Assembly: GCA_016748015.1 (NCBI GenBank)
Contig: JAAOMT010000226.1
Span: 62,001 to 126,000 of the forward strand
DNA: 64,000 nt
From: Geosiphon pyriformis uo1
Taxonomy: Eukaryota; Fungi; Glomeromycota
Reading direction: 5' to 3'
The notes beneath the pieces were generated by a model, which saw nothing but the letters and a program-made list of their open reading frames with translations, did not search any database and was not told the DNA's origin. The position numbers and the translations under genes are program-made. How positions within the stretch are numbered: position 1 is the first letter of the stretch; every line of letters starts with the position of its first letter. Shown here in pieces: positions 26,805-40,850 of this stretch.

Positions 26805-28167
26805 CTAGTTTAAAGATTAATAAACAGTGGTTTCAATTAAAAAATTCTCTTCAAAGAAATTAATGTTGACATAATTGGGTTTTTGATTGGAAACATTGTT
26901 ATTATTGGTTTTGTTGTTTTGATTATTATTATTTCTAGAAGCTAAAGAAGACAGAAGAGGATTGCTGTAATCTTTAAAAAAATGTCAGTTAATTTACAGT
27001 GATAACACACAAATGGGCCATAATTTTGTTGTCTTTGATAAAAAAAATTGCTGGGGCTGATTAAAATGGGATTCAAATTTGGGTCTTTGAGGTTGTTGAT
27101 TTTCTCTGACTGTTTGGGCTAAAAGCTCTAATAATCAAACAAGATTGGTTATGAATCTATTTATTAATTGTTTATTGAGATTTGAAGTCTGGCCAGCAAA
27201 AAAAGTAGTAGCCATTTAAGATGCAGAAGCAAAAACTGGAAGTATAAATCTTAAGTGCATTCTTTAGTTGTCTTCAATTTATTGGACAAGTTCAATGACC
27301 ATATCCATTGTGAGATTGTTTTTTAAGACCAGGAGAGACCAAAAAACATATGAAAAATTAGTTCTCAATCTTTTTGTAAAGGAATGAATTTTTTGTTTTT
27401 TTGTCCAGTTTTTTCTAAAGTCTATCTACTTGATTAACTTTTTGATTGCTTTAGCATATTTGGTTACAACTTTACCAGAATCTTGGATTTTTTTTTCTAA
27501 TTTTATGCACTATTTGGATATCAAGATAGAAGTTCTAAATTTTGTTTCAAACCAGATAGTAAAAAAAGTGTTGTTTTCTCCAGTATTTGTTAATGTTCAT
27601 CTAATAATTTTTTGTTAAGCATTGACATTGGTTTTTTGTAAAACCAAGTAACAAAAGAGCCTTAAAAGTAGCCACCAATGATTTGAAACTTGTATTCATT
27701 ATCATATTGGTTGGCTGTAACAGCTCTTTTAAAGTCATTCAATTATTCAATTAGATCTTGTGTATTATCTCTAAATAATAGTAATAGAGTGTTGTTTTTT
27801 CACTCTAAAGCAGTTTGTATACCCTAAAAGACAGCCAGGATGTTTGTTTGCATAGAGTTATTAGCTATTGGCTCAGAAGTAACTGTTTGTGTGGAATGTT
27901 TTGATTTGCTTAAGAAGAGATCAAAAACAGAAGCAGTTTGATAACTTTCTTCTTTTGTTTTAAAAAGAGTTTCAGCTAACTGGTAAACAGCAATTCAGAT
28001 GTAAATTTGGTGATTTAGATATTCGAAATTAGGAGACTGTTGTTCAAAGATTATAGAATATAAAAGCTAATTAATATTGTTGTTTCTTTTTTCAAAGTTG
28101 TTTTCAAGATAAGCTTGATCAAAGTAATAAATTGTATAGACTGTATAGATTTTAGCTGAATACTTAT

Positions 28168-29053
28168 TGTTACTTATAAAATATAGGAATTATATATTAG
28201 TACATAAATTAGTCAATTAAAATAAGATATAATAAAAGTGAAATTTCAGAATTCTTCTCAGAGAAATTGCAAGATTCCAGAATTACAGAATTATAATATG
28301 AAAAATTGCAGGATTTCAGAATTCCAAGATTCTTCTCAAAGAATTACAGGATTCCTGGCTAGAGAATTAAGGAATTCAAGAAATCTTATATAACGAAATT
28401 TATGTATATATAGCAGTAGCATTAAAAACAGAAAGAACAGAATCCCTAATAAGAATTCTTAGTTTAGAACTTCCAGTTTCAATTTCCTTATCCATCTCTT
28501 TATGTAATAGTATTCTATAACTTAAAGTAAAAACATCAAACATTAATAAAAATACTATTATTATCACAATTCATTTTTTTACTATTAACAATTTATGTTG
28601 ATACTTGCCAATATTTAATTACATTGGATCAATAGCTCTTAATTATGGCTATTAATAAAATACTAACTTTTTTGTGTCTTGGCTTATTTTATTTTTTTTA
28701 TTTTATTTTTTTTATTGTTATTTACTAATTAATTTGAGGGATTAAGCACTAATTAAATTGATGTCAAGAATTATCTGGTTAAAGAACTCAAATGAAGGAT
28801 ATAAAGTTACAAAATTTAAGAATAGCTTACCAGAAAAACATGACTGCCAGAATAAACTGGTCTCTATGTTGAAAACAGAAATTAGATAGAATTACAATTC
28901 TAGAAGTATTTAAATCTCTGTTTATTATACAAAAAGCTTAACCAAAATCTTCAGATCCTAAAAACTTTTAAATATTAACAATCAAATCAGCTATTGAGCA
29001 CCAAGTTACAGATTTGTTATTTGTTTCCAGACTCCAAATAATCATCTGTAACA
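28168..29053 (+). repeat. 5' LTR of element B with GGAATTCC-like tandem repeats (~28240-28380)
   Basis: TGTTAC..GTAACA termini; matches 37264-38154. Confidence 0.92.
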
Positions 29054-29055
29054 TT

Positions 29056-29073
29056 TGGTGCTCCCTGTGAAGT
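29056..29073 (+). other. Primer-binding site of element B
   Basis: TGGTGCTCCCTGTGAAG lies 2 nt after the LTR and is complementary to a tRNA ending ..GAGCACCA; the isoacceptor cannot be determined. Confidence 0.8.
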
Positions 29074-32000
29074 ATAATTTTACAGAGAACCAGCACCAAC
29101 AATAACCATTCAAAAATAGCAGAATCAAAAAAAAGAGGAACAAACCATCTAGGATTTGCCAAATCTTTATTTCAATACTACTGTTAACATTTGGAATTAA
29201 TTAACAATTAACTATTAGCAGAATTAGCCTTCAACTTTTATGTCAACAAAAGAATTAAATATTTTTTAGGAGAACTAATGAATACAGAATCAGCAAGAAG
29301 AAATTTTTACAACAAATTAATTCAATACACCAGCTTACTATTAAACTACAATTTCGCACTAATCATTACTAAAATCAACAAAGAAATTGAAAATTACATC
29401 CAATAAACATTTTCTATTACTTACACAGAAAAAAACAAAAAAAACCTACAAATACCAGCAGAAATTCCAAAGCAAATACAATTGCTTACTTGAAAGAAAC
29501 AGAGAGTTGATTTATCAACTAATTCATTATACTATCACATACTTGGAAATACTATCAATATAACATCAACAAATGTATTCACAACAAAAACAAAAACACT
29601 ATTAAACAGAATTCTATTTCAAAATAAACAAAAAAAAGCAAAGTTATTAAGAATCTATAACAATTATTTTGAAGAATTTAAATCATAATTTTCAATACTA
29701 TCAGAATTTTGATTACTACCATCTTAACCAAATTTCGGAACTGCTAGTCTGTGGAAAATAATAAAATCAAAAGAAAAAGAAGACAAAGATCAGAAATTTA
29801 ATTATCAAAATCTGATTCTGAAAAATCCAGATTTACAAACCCTGATTGTTCAAACTCAGCAAAACCCAAACAATCTAAACTCCAATCTTATTGTACCCTA
29901 AAACTTACTTCTAGTAATTATAATAGACTCATCAGTACCAATTACTGAACAGCAACAATAACAGCTATAACCACCATCTCAGCAACAACTTCAACAGCAA
30001 TCACAATTACAACAACAATAACAATTACTATTAGTATTAATAGCATATACACTAATTACAAAACTTGAGAAATTTATTGGCAAGGAGGATGACACTTAAA
30101 ATTGGCTTAATGACATAGAAAAAGCCATTGCAGTTAATAAATAAGATAATGCCAGAGCACTATAAGCAATTCCATACTTTCTTTAAGATACTGCTGACTC
30201 TTTGTATCAAAGCTTAATTCAGAAGCCCCAAGACTTCAATGTGTTTAAACTGGAATTTCTAAGATACTTTAGTAATAATAACAGCATTAATTACTTAGCA
30301 AATACTTTTACAACTATTAAACAAGAAGACATTGAAGCAGTCACTACTTATTTAGGATGCTTCCACAGAATTTTGTGCCAAATACAAACAATTGATATAA
30401 ATTACTTTACAGCATTACAGATTTTGAACCAGTTCATCTGTGGACTATGCAGTAATATCCTCCAGTGAGTATATCCAATACACTTACAAACTCTTCAAGA
30501 CACAGTTACCAATGCCCAAGATTTTAAATTGGCTAAGCTGGAAGCTAACCATGTCCAAGCCATTAATCTAATAATGAATAGATCATCTGAATTGGACTCC
30601 AAATTAAAACAATTTAGTAATTCAATTAATCAAAAATTAGAGAGATACTTAGCTAATAATCAGACAATTTATTAACTACTACAATATTATAATCCAGGAA
30701 ACTTGAATAATTTCCAAAATTAACCACATATATTATTATCATTTAATTAACTAAAGCAACAAAAGATGCATGATTGCTATTACTATGGTAAACAAGAATA
30801 TTTGCAATTTGAATGTTGTAAATAATTAAATGATTAATAATCAGGAAATCAGTATTGAAACCCCAATTGCCAATTTTAAACTCAAAATTACATTAATAAT
30901 CAATCATTTAAACAATATTAACCTTAACCCTATTATTTACAAATAATATAGCAACCAATATATGTACCTTCAATTTATCAAACTTTAGCCCTAGTTATTT
31001 ATAAACTGTAGTCACAAATAATCTATTAATTCCAAATTTAATTATTACCACAAAACTCTGCTCAAATATCATCCAGAAACCAAAGACCAAAAATCATTCA
31101 CATACAGCAAAATTGAAGATCAGCAATAATAATGTACTAATTGATCCCCAGTTTATCAAGTCAGCTATCAAGATTTTACCAGTGAAGTTTAAGTACTAAA
31201 TACAATCAGAACTCGAATTTCTAGAACTATTTAAATCTCTTGGTTACTTCAAAAGATGTCTGATCTAACAAACTGAAAACTGATCAGAAACAAACACTTA
31301 CCAACAACATTCTATCTATAACCATCACAGAAGACAAATCTCTTACTGCAATATTTTTTTTTGAAATAAAAATGCTATTCAAAACATTATTATTTAGTAA
31401 AGCCATTCTAAACACCAAACTTATTACCATCATGTATACTGATGCCAAAGTTGATAATCAATTCATTAAACTAATCCCTAATAGTGGGTCAGCAGGCAGT
31501 ATTATTACCTGAAAACTCATAGACCAATTAGATTGTTGAGTTAATTATACTGCAAGTGCCAGAATCATTACAGCCAATAGAATAACCAAAACTTTTATTG
31601 GCAAAATTGACAACTTTCTATTTGAAATCAATGGCATCATTATGCTTATCAAAGTATTAGTAATGGAAACCACTCAGTATCAAGCATTAGTTGGCAACAA
31701 CTGGCTGTTCAAAACCAATACAGTACTCAATTAGACCATATAGAAACTTTAGTTCAGCCAAAATAATCAGCATACACAAGTACTAGCAATCTGTGGACAC
31801 TTTAAAAACCTCATATCAGCACTACTAATAGAATTCAAGGAAAAAAAAAAGAAACCTACCTGAGAAGCCTACCAAGTTTTGTGAGCTGACACCAACCACA
31901 ATGAATTACTACCAATACTCTCTTGGGACAACAAGGGAAAAGAGAAAGAAGAAAACACCACCACTAGTGAAACCACTAAAAACTGGGAAAAGTCATACTT

Positions 32001-32904
32001 AACTGACATCAAACCAGAATCTTCTTATATTCTACTCAAATATAAGAATTACAAGAAAAAGCTTTCCTTTATGAAAGCTTGAATTGCACCTGATGAAAAT
32101 TACTGGACTAAAACTTATTATTACTGCAAACTGTGCCATAAAAAATGCTATAATTACCCAAAAAAACAAGGCAAATAAGACAACAAACCATGTCTTGCTT
32201 GTGAAAAACCACTACTTGACAAGAGAATATGAAACAACATTCCTGGATAAGGAGGAATGTGCAACATTTTGTGTTAATACACAATCCTCATAAGCAACTG
32301 GATGAGTTACAAGACACCTATTAACACAATCTGGAATTAAACAATATCTTGTTTGGACAGTTATTCACATGACAAAAACAAAATCTGGAACATAACAAAT
32401 GCCAAAGTAGAAGGTGTTTTACTCAGTGAAATTCTGAAAATAAAGAATAATCTATCAGAACCATTTAACATTATTTTTATTTCCAATTCAGACACATTTC
32501 TTGAAATTAAAGCAGGTCCAAAGAAATTTCATAAACATTACCAAAATTTAGCACTTACTAGAGAAAAACAAGAGCAGCATTTAGAACAGCTAAATACAAA
32601 ACTGTGTAGACATTGCCTAATTTCCAGTGACTTTGAATATTGTAATGATTGTGATATTGTTTACAATTCATCTTTATGCATGATTTACACAATCCCAAAA
32701 GAAGACAAACCAATTAGCAGTTGTGCCACTAAATCAAAATTATCATTCAATTTTAATTTAAACTTCAATGACAATAATGATAACAATAGTTCCAGCTCTA
32801 TTCAAAATGGCAATAACAACAGTAATGATTCAAACTCCAATTTAAACTCTAAACAATATATCACACTCTCTGATTTTTCAAAGAAGCAAGAACTCAAATG
32901 GTTT

Positions 32905-33325
32905 AATAATAATAATAAAAATATTATGTCAGAATGTATGTATGATACTAATATAAGATTTGATTTAAAATATTTAGGAAAAAATGTCATTAAATTGGAA
33001 CCACATCTGTATACATGTATTGATCTGAAAATAGCACTAGAAATTCTAGCAACAACCATGGTTCACTTAGTATTTAGATCTAGTTTGGCAAAGAAAAGAA
33101 TCAATATAAAAGAAAAAATAATTGATGTAAAATATGTAGAAAATATTATTACAATGTTACAAAATGATTCAAAAAAACCATATATCATTGAACCCAATGA
33201 AAAAATAGCATAGACAATATTTTTACCTTTAATTAAAATAGCTCAACTAGTATTAGTGAGAAATAGAAAGGAATTAAAAATAACAGCAAGAGAAATAAGT
33301 AGATTCAGATCTATGGGTAGAATAG
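32905..33325 (+). pseudogene. dut: dUTPase domain within pol of element B
   Basis: Decayed motifs 1-5 in order: DTNIRFDLKY (DAGFDL), FRSSLAKKRI (SRSSLA), IIDVKYVENI (GIIDAGYxG), EPNEKIA(Q)xIF, and R..SRFRSMG (RGxxGFGSxG). Confidence 0.88.
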
Positions 33326-36300
33326 ACATATCAATTAATATAGCAGAGGAAGAAGTTATTGACAAGAAAAAAATTATCTCCACTTATTAATCAATTTCTA
33401 TTTTATTATATAACCAATATTTAGTAGTTATAAAAAAGAAAGTAAGAAATCAGCCCCAGATTTTTAAAGCAGAACCAACTATTTGTGAATCAGAAAAGAT
33501 TGGAATTACTAATCTCTACATATTAGCCAAGAACCATAAACACATTAAAATTTCCATCCATAATACAACTGGAAACATTATTGAGATACCAAATGGAACT
33601 ATCATTGGATACTTAAACACTGAAATTTAAAACCAATTACCAAATACCATTCCAGATTTTTCACAACTTTGCAAATATGTAAATATTATATTACAAACAA
33701 TATACAAATGAGAGAAGTGCTATTTGCTCCAACCAGAACAATTGGAACAAATAAACTTAGAAAACTTAGACTCACTTCAATGAATGCAGCTCAAGATATT
33801 ACTTAACAATTTCACTGATATTTTTGCCAGTGAAAATGAGTTTGGCAGAACTGATATCATCTAACATCAAATTAAAACTAGAGATGCAATGTCAATAAAA
33901 CAATAAGCATACTGAATATCATCAGCAAGTTATAAAATCATCCAACAAGAAATCAACCAGATGTTATACAATAGGTTAATTCAATTATTAATAAGTTCAT
34001 GATTATCACCAGTGGTATTAGTTTGTAAAAAAAATGAAAAAATACACTTTTGTATAGACTATAGAAAACTTAATAGTGTCATTTATGGAGACAGCTATTC
34101 AACTCTATAAATTCAAGAATTGTTCAATGCTTTTGGAGGAAAAAAATGGTTCTCTACTTTAAATTTGAACAGTGGTTACTGACAAGTAGCCATAAAACCA
34201 AAAGACAAAAAAAAGACTGTTTTTACAACCAGAGAAAGGAATTTTGAGTTTAAAGTAATGCTATTTGGCTTAACCAATGCTTCAGCCACTTTTTAATGGC
34301 TAATAGAAATTGTTTACACTGGACTATTATAGAAATCAATAGTCATATACTTAAATAATATAAATGTATTCTTAAAAACATTTAATAATTATCTTCATTA
34401 TTTCTAACAAGTGTTTGAAGATTAAGGAAAGCTAGATTAAAACTAAATGCAAACAAATATTTCTTTGGAAAAACAAAACTAAAATTCTTGGAACATATTA
34501 TAAGCAAAAATGACATTAAGACAGATTTAAATAAGATTAAGATCATTAAGAACTTTTTAGTACCAACAAATTTTATAGAATTAAGAACATTTTTGGAATT
34601 CACTGGATATTACTGTCACTTTATCCAGAATTTCTCCAAACTGGCTCAACTACTTCATCAGCTCAAGCCAAAAATGTGAAATATAAATGGACAGAAACTT
34701 AACAAAAAGCTTTTGATATTTTAAAAAAAAAGCTCATTCAAACACCAATACTAATCTATTCAGATTACAGCAAGCCATTTATCATCACTACTGATACATT
34801 TAATTAAGCATTAAGAGCAGTATTATCTTGAAAAGAACTGGATAGATAAGAATATCCAGTAGTATACATTAGCTGAAGTTTGAGTTCAGCTGAAAAAAAC
34901 TATAAAATACCAACACTAGAATATTTAGCTATTTATTGAGCAGTCATCAAATAGAAAAAGTATTTAAGCCAAAAATTTAAAGTATACACTGATTACAAAG
35001 GATTGACATCAATTCAAAAACAAAAATTTGGAGATAACTGCCATGCTAAATAGAAAATAAAACTTTTACTATTCAAATATACTGTACATTATAAAAAAGG
35101 AAAAGAAAATAGAAATGTCAACAGTTTGTTGTGAATGAAACAAATCTAAGAATATTTTAAATCCAAAAATATAACAAAAAATGAACACACAAAAATATCA
35201 ACAACTCCAATACTATATTAATACTTAGCAGTTTAAGGAAAAATTATCTCAAAAAAAATGAAACAACATAAAACAACAATCAAAGTATTTTATTACTCAC
35301 CAAAATATACTATATCAAAAGAACAGAAAAGATCCAGATTAATTACTTAGGGTAATTACAAAACCAAAAAAAAAATAATACTATACAACATGCACTTAGA
35401 TCTGACAGCAAGACACTTTTATAAAGAAGCAACCATGAAAAAAATTAAAAAGAGATATTATTGGTTATTAATATATTTAAACATCATTCAATATGTTCAA
35501 AATTGTGATATTTGTTAGAGAAAAGAAAGAACAAGACCCAATGAACCATTAAGACCAATCAAAGTGGAACAACTATTTGATAGAATTAGAATTGACTTAG
35601 TTAAACCATTAACAATAACCAATAAAGACAATTATTATATAGCAGTAGCCATAAATTATCTCACAAAATAGCCAAAGGTAAAAGCAATTTAAAAAGCAAA
35701 TACAGAATTCATAGCCAAATTCGTTCATTAAGATTTGATTTGTTAACACAAATGTTCAAAAAAATTACTATCAGATTAAGGAATGTATTTTGTAAACAGA
35801 ACATTAACAAAACTAAGCCAAAAATTTAGAATTAAAAGACTATTATTATCATTATACTATCCACAAACAAACAGTTTAGTGAAAAAATTTAACAGAACAT
35901 TGTGTAAAGCAATCACCAAAATCAGTCAAAAAAACCAGAATAAATGGAATTTGTTTATATTATTAATACTATTTGCTTATCGGATAATAAAGCAAGATAT
36001 CATACAAGCAACATTATTTAAACTTGTTTATAGTAGAACAGCAACATTATCAGTTGAGATAAACATTAACACATATCCAATAAAACTAATAACAGAAGCC
36101 AATTTACAAAAAACATTGCTGAAAAAACATATAAACTAATGAAAACTTTAGAAAACAAAAGATAAAAAGCAGCTAATAATATCTAAAAATCACAAAAAAA
36201 AACAAAAAAAACGACATGATAATTAATTACCAAATAAACCAGTTGAATTTAGGATTGGAAACAAAGTACTTTTATATTGTACTAAAGTGAAAAAACAATG

Positions 36301-36550
36301 AAGTGAAAAATTTAACCCCAAATGGGATGGATCATTTTACATAGAAAAAATTCTAGAAAATAGAGCTTATAAATTAAGATAGAACAACAAAATCTTAGCT
36401 AAAGCAGCACATAGAAATTAATTGAAACCATATCACAATACAGTATCATTATCTACCAATAATATTCCACAATTGGGAGTACAAAGAATACTAGACCAAC
36501 CAAATAAGATTCTATAAGATCTGAAACCAATCATAATTATCAATACAAAC

Positions 36551-37250
36551 ATGTTAAATTAATCAAACAGAATAATATATAAAAACACAATAAATGTAAC
36601 CAAAGGCAACAATAAAAAAATAGAAATTACCAATAATATTTATTTACTTACACAACAATTATTCTAGTTGATTCAACAACCAAACTTGGAAATTACAATT
36701 AACTAACAAATCATTTAGTACAAAAATAATAAAAGAAAACCCAATATAAGATGCACAAAAAATTAAAAAACACTATAGACAAGATAATTACAAAAGTAAA
36801 GTTGTCAATAGAAATACTAGAAACAGCCATACCATACTAAGAAGTATCCAAAAAAACTTGAAATTGGTGATTACAAAAATTTCCAAGAAACTTTTGTTAT
36901 TATCACTTGAAACAAACCATAAATATTCAGAACTTGTATACTAATAAGACAAAACAACTATTTAATACAACAATACTACAACAAATTAAACAAATTGTGG
37001 GAAAAAACAATCTGTTTATACAGGCACAAGCCATATATTAGCTATATACAGGATTTTAAGATTGACCAGCAATACTACTTAATTCAGCAATAGATACAGT
37101 TATTATCAACCAATTAGGAAAAATGACCAACACCCAATTTAAAAATTACAGATTAAAATAATACAAGTAATTCTCAAAAAAAAAGTTCAAGAGTTAATCA
37201 AAGAAAAAAAGTTAAGAGATATAAGAGATCTTGATAAAGCTCAATATTAA
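36551..37250 (+). pseudogene. Additional 3' ORF of element B between integrase and the 3' LTR (unknown function)
   Basis: Coding-like stretch ending ..DLD(G/K)AQY*; homologous sequence at 63620-64000 (minus) and at ~46900-47080 in C. Confidence 0.55.
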
Positions 37251-37263
37251 AAAAAGAAGATAA

Positions 37264-38154
37264 TGTTACTCATAAAATATAGAAATTATATGTTAGTACA
37301 TAAATTAGCTAATCAAAATAAGATATATTAAAAGTGAAATTCCAGGATTTTTCTCAAAGGAATTGCAGAATTCCTGTATAAAAAATTGCAGAATTTCAGA
37401 ATTCTAGGATTTCAGTATAAAAAATTGCAATATTCCAGAATATTAGAATTTCTGGCTAGAAAATTGAGGAATTCAAAGAATCTCATATAACAAAATTTAT
37501 GTATATATAGCAGTAATATTAAAAGCAAAAAGAACAGAATTTTTAGTAAGAATTCTTAGTTTAGAACCTCTAGTTTCAATTTCTCTATTCATTTTTTTAT
37601 GTAATAGTATTCTATGACTTGAAGTGAAAACATCAAACATCAATAAAAATATTTATTACTATTACAATCTATTTTTTCACTATCAACAATTCATGTTGAT
37701 ACTTGCCAATACTTAATTACACTAAACCAATAGTTCTTGATTATGGCTATTAATGAGATACTAATTCTTTTGTGTTTTGGCTTATTTTTTTTATTTTACT
37801 CTATTTTTTTTATTTTTTTTATTGTTATTTACTGATTGATTTAAAAGATTAAGTACTGATTAAATTAATATCAAAGATAGTCTGATAAAAGACTCCAAAG
37901 AAAGAGTATAGAATTACAGAATTTAAAGATAGCTTACCAGAAGGGCACAACTATCAGAATAAACTGATCTCTATACTGAAAACAGAAATTGAACAGAATT
38001 ACAATTCTGGAAAAATACTAACCAGTACTTAAATCTTTGTTTATTATACAAAAACTCAACCAAAATCTTCAGATATCAACAACCAAGTTAGCTATTGAGC
38101 ACCAAGTTATGGATTTGTTATTTGTTTTCAGATCCCAAATAATCACTTGTAATA
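37264..38154 (+). repeat. 3' LTR of element B
   Basis: Matches the 5' LTR; terminal CA is mutated to TA. Confidence 0.92.
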
Positions 38155-38379
38155 TTGTTTAGGAACCAGTTCTAAAAGTTATGGAATTGTCTATTAAATT
38201 GTTTTTCAATAGGAAAGTAAATTAAGCAGAAGGGCAAAAAATTAAGTTTAATAAAGTTTAGGTTGTTTTTGTTGTGTGCTTTAAAGTGTTTTTTTAATTG
38301 TTGTCACAGGTATAAATAGTTATCTATATAATAAGAAATAAAGTGAATTTTGACAATCTTATAGAGAGCACTACTTTTA

Positions 38380-39073
38380 TGTTATGGATTAGAGTAATAA
38401 GCTAACAAATAACAAGAAAGAAAAGAATTGTAAGATGATAGAAATAATTAAAGAGAAAATTACAATAAAAAAGTGAATTAAATGAGTAAAAATTTAATGT
38501 GTATAATCAGTCTCATAAAAATCACAGTTACAAATTTTTTTTGAAAATCTAAAGATAGAGAAATAGTCTGTGATTGTCAACAATATAACACTGCTGCTAT
38601 TATTCTATGCCTTAATTTGACAGTTTTTAGAATTAATAACAAATATTATTGTGCTTTTCAATTATTTTTTTATTTAATGAATTACAAAAGCAAGCAATTG
38701 TTTCTCAGACTAATTTTAACAATACAAATCAAGAAAAAAAAAGATAAGATATGTAAATGCCAACAAATAGTCTTTTATTCCAAGATGTTCAAATACTTGA
38801 AGATAAAAGAATAAGTAATATAAGAAGAAGTAAATGATAGTAAGTTTTATTTTATTACTTTAATCATATCTTTTTATAGCTAAAAAACTTATTGTTTATA
38901 TAGCTATTGAAAATAATCAATAACTAAGTTAATGATTAAATTAATAATTAGGTTATTAATCAGATCATTAATTAGATCAATAATTATTATTTAAAAATAG
39001 AATGGCTAATTATATAATATTAGTGGTTAATACATGTAATAACTAATAAAAAGTATGGATTTTAATCATAATA
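38380..39073 (-). repeat. 5' LTR of A2 (five 12-bp units)
   Basis: Matches the other A LTRs; followed on the minus strand by TAAAAG-TAGTGCTCTCTATAAGATTG (PBS-like). Confidence 0.9.
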
Positions 39074-40000
39074 ATATATATAAAAACAATAGTAAACAAT
39101 ATCTTAATTAAAGATATTTTAAATAATAAGTTTGCTAAAAGCATTATAATATTGCAATTAGTAAACTAACTAAGTTTTAATATTGATTGTATTATAATAT
39201 TATAGATTATAATAGCCAATAGAAATACCAAATTATTATATAATAAAATTAATTTTTTTTTTTTTAAAATTAATAAAATTGTTATTTCTAAAAAAATATT
39301 AATTATAAATACTATTACCAACAGAAATTTAAGATATTATATAACATAAAATTATCTTTATAATTTCTATTATTAATTAGTATATATTATTATTTTAATT
39401 TATTACTTATTATTTTATTAAATTATTTGAATTATTATTCAATTAATTTTATATTAACTTAAGTTATCTTTTTTAGAATAATTTTTTTTACAAATTAATT
39501 AAAATAAAACTCATTTTAAAAACATAAATTCCTTAATTATTGTTTTAAAATTATTTATTTTTATGCTAATATTTTAAAATTAATTAGCTACTAATTTTAA
39601 TAATTATTAGTAATTTCTAAACTTGAATTTGAAACAACTTTTTTAACACTATTTTTTATTTTTTATTTTTTTTATATTATTAAATAGCCTATAGTAAAGA
39701 TTTTTTGTAAAAAAGTTAATTTTTACAGCAAAGTAACTACACATTATTTTAAAGAGCTTACAAACAAAATTTTTTTGTTAAAAAGTTGATTTTTATTGCA
39801 AAATAACTATATAAATAATTGGAATAAAATTGGTCATTCTATTATAAGCTTAACAATATATATTATTTAAAATATAAAAAAATACTTTGGAATAAAAACC
39901 AACTTATTAGAAGTTTAGCAGTTTTTATTAATAATAGAATTAATAGCAAAATAGTATTAATAATATTTAAAAAAAATAAAAAAATCTTTAATAACAATAC

Positions 40001-40850
40001 TATTATAGATTGGTTTTCTTGGTATATTGAATGTTAATATTCTGTTTTAATTATAATTAGTCTTTTATAAGTTTCTTAATTCTATTTATGTGAAACTTTT
40101 TTTTGATATTATAATATAAAATTATTTTTTAATTTTTAATTGTTGTGTATATGTTTATGTATTTTTTTTCAAAAACTAAAGTAAAATCTATTTACTGTTG
40201 TAAAGTCTTTTTTAAAGCTATTTTTACAATTGTCTAATATATTTTTCTAATTTAAAAACATAAAATATTAATAGTTTTTAGTATTTTTTTTAATTTTTAC
40301 AATAAAGCTTTTATTAATTAATAATAATATAAATAATTTTGATCAGAGATTATTTTTTCAAGAGATTTAGCTAATAAATAATCATTTCATTTAGTAAATA
40401 ATACAAGTAAGTTTCTTAATATTTTAAATTATAATAATTTTATTTCTAATATTATTTTTGATTTTTTTAAATATTTTATTAAAAATAAAAATTAATAAAT
40501 AATTAAAGTAGAAAATTGAAATTTAACAAAATTAAACTGCTAAATAAATTGTTGTTTTTCTTAATATTAAAACTATTATATGTATATATATATATTTATA
40601 ATTTTCTAAAAAAACATATTATAATACTTTTTTTTAATATTTTAACTTAATGTTTATTGCTATTATCAATTAGTATTTTTTATTATTATAAACTAGTACT
40701 TGCTGTTATTATAAAATAATAATTGTTATTATAAAATAATAATTGTTATTATATTAATCATTATTTTTTTTAAATTATTACTATGCTATATTATGATTAA
40801 ATAATTTATATTAATTTATAATTCTTTTGTTAAATTCTTAAATTATAATA
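40001..40850 (-). mobile_element. Solo LTR of family C, inverted relative to element C
   Basis: Reverse complement of 47093-47924; TSD ATAC at 39997-40000 and 40851-40854. Confidence 0.82.

Larger units (their letters stand above)
28168..38154 (+). mobile_element. Ty3/Gypsy family B, full length (~10 kb): gag-PR-Cys-rich-dUTPase-RT-RNH-IN plus a 3' ORF
   Basis: LTRs 28168-29053 and 37264-38154; PBS TGGTGCTCCCTGTG at 29056; PPT before 37264; flanks TTAT/TTGT (decayed TSD). Gag ORF 30202-30468, protease SGSAGSII ~31480, RT ~33830-34560, RNase H ~34700-35130, integrase ~35350-36440. Confidence 0.94.
21434..39073 (-). mobile_element. Ty3/Gypsy family A, copy A2 (full length, decayed), interrupted by element B in gag
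   Basis: LTRs 38380-39073 (5') and 21434-22174 (3'); TSD ATAT at 21430-21433 and 39074-39077. Minus-strand ORFs give RT (24934-25317), RNase H (24275-24712) and integrase remnants (~23000-23860). Gag is continuous across 28167/38155. Confidence 0.93.

Noticed and set aside
29056-29075. tRNA-like sequence
   Set aside because: Only a PBS-length complement is present, with no cloverleaf.
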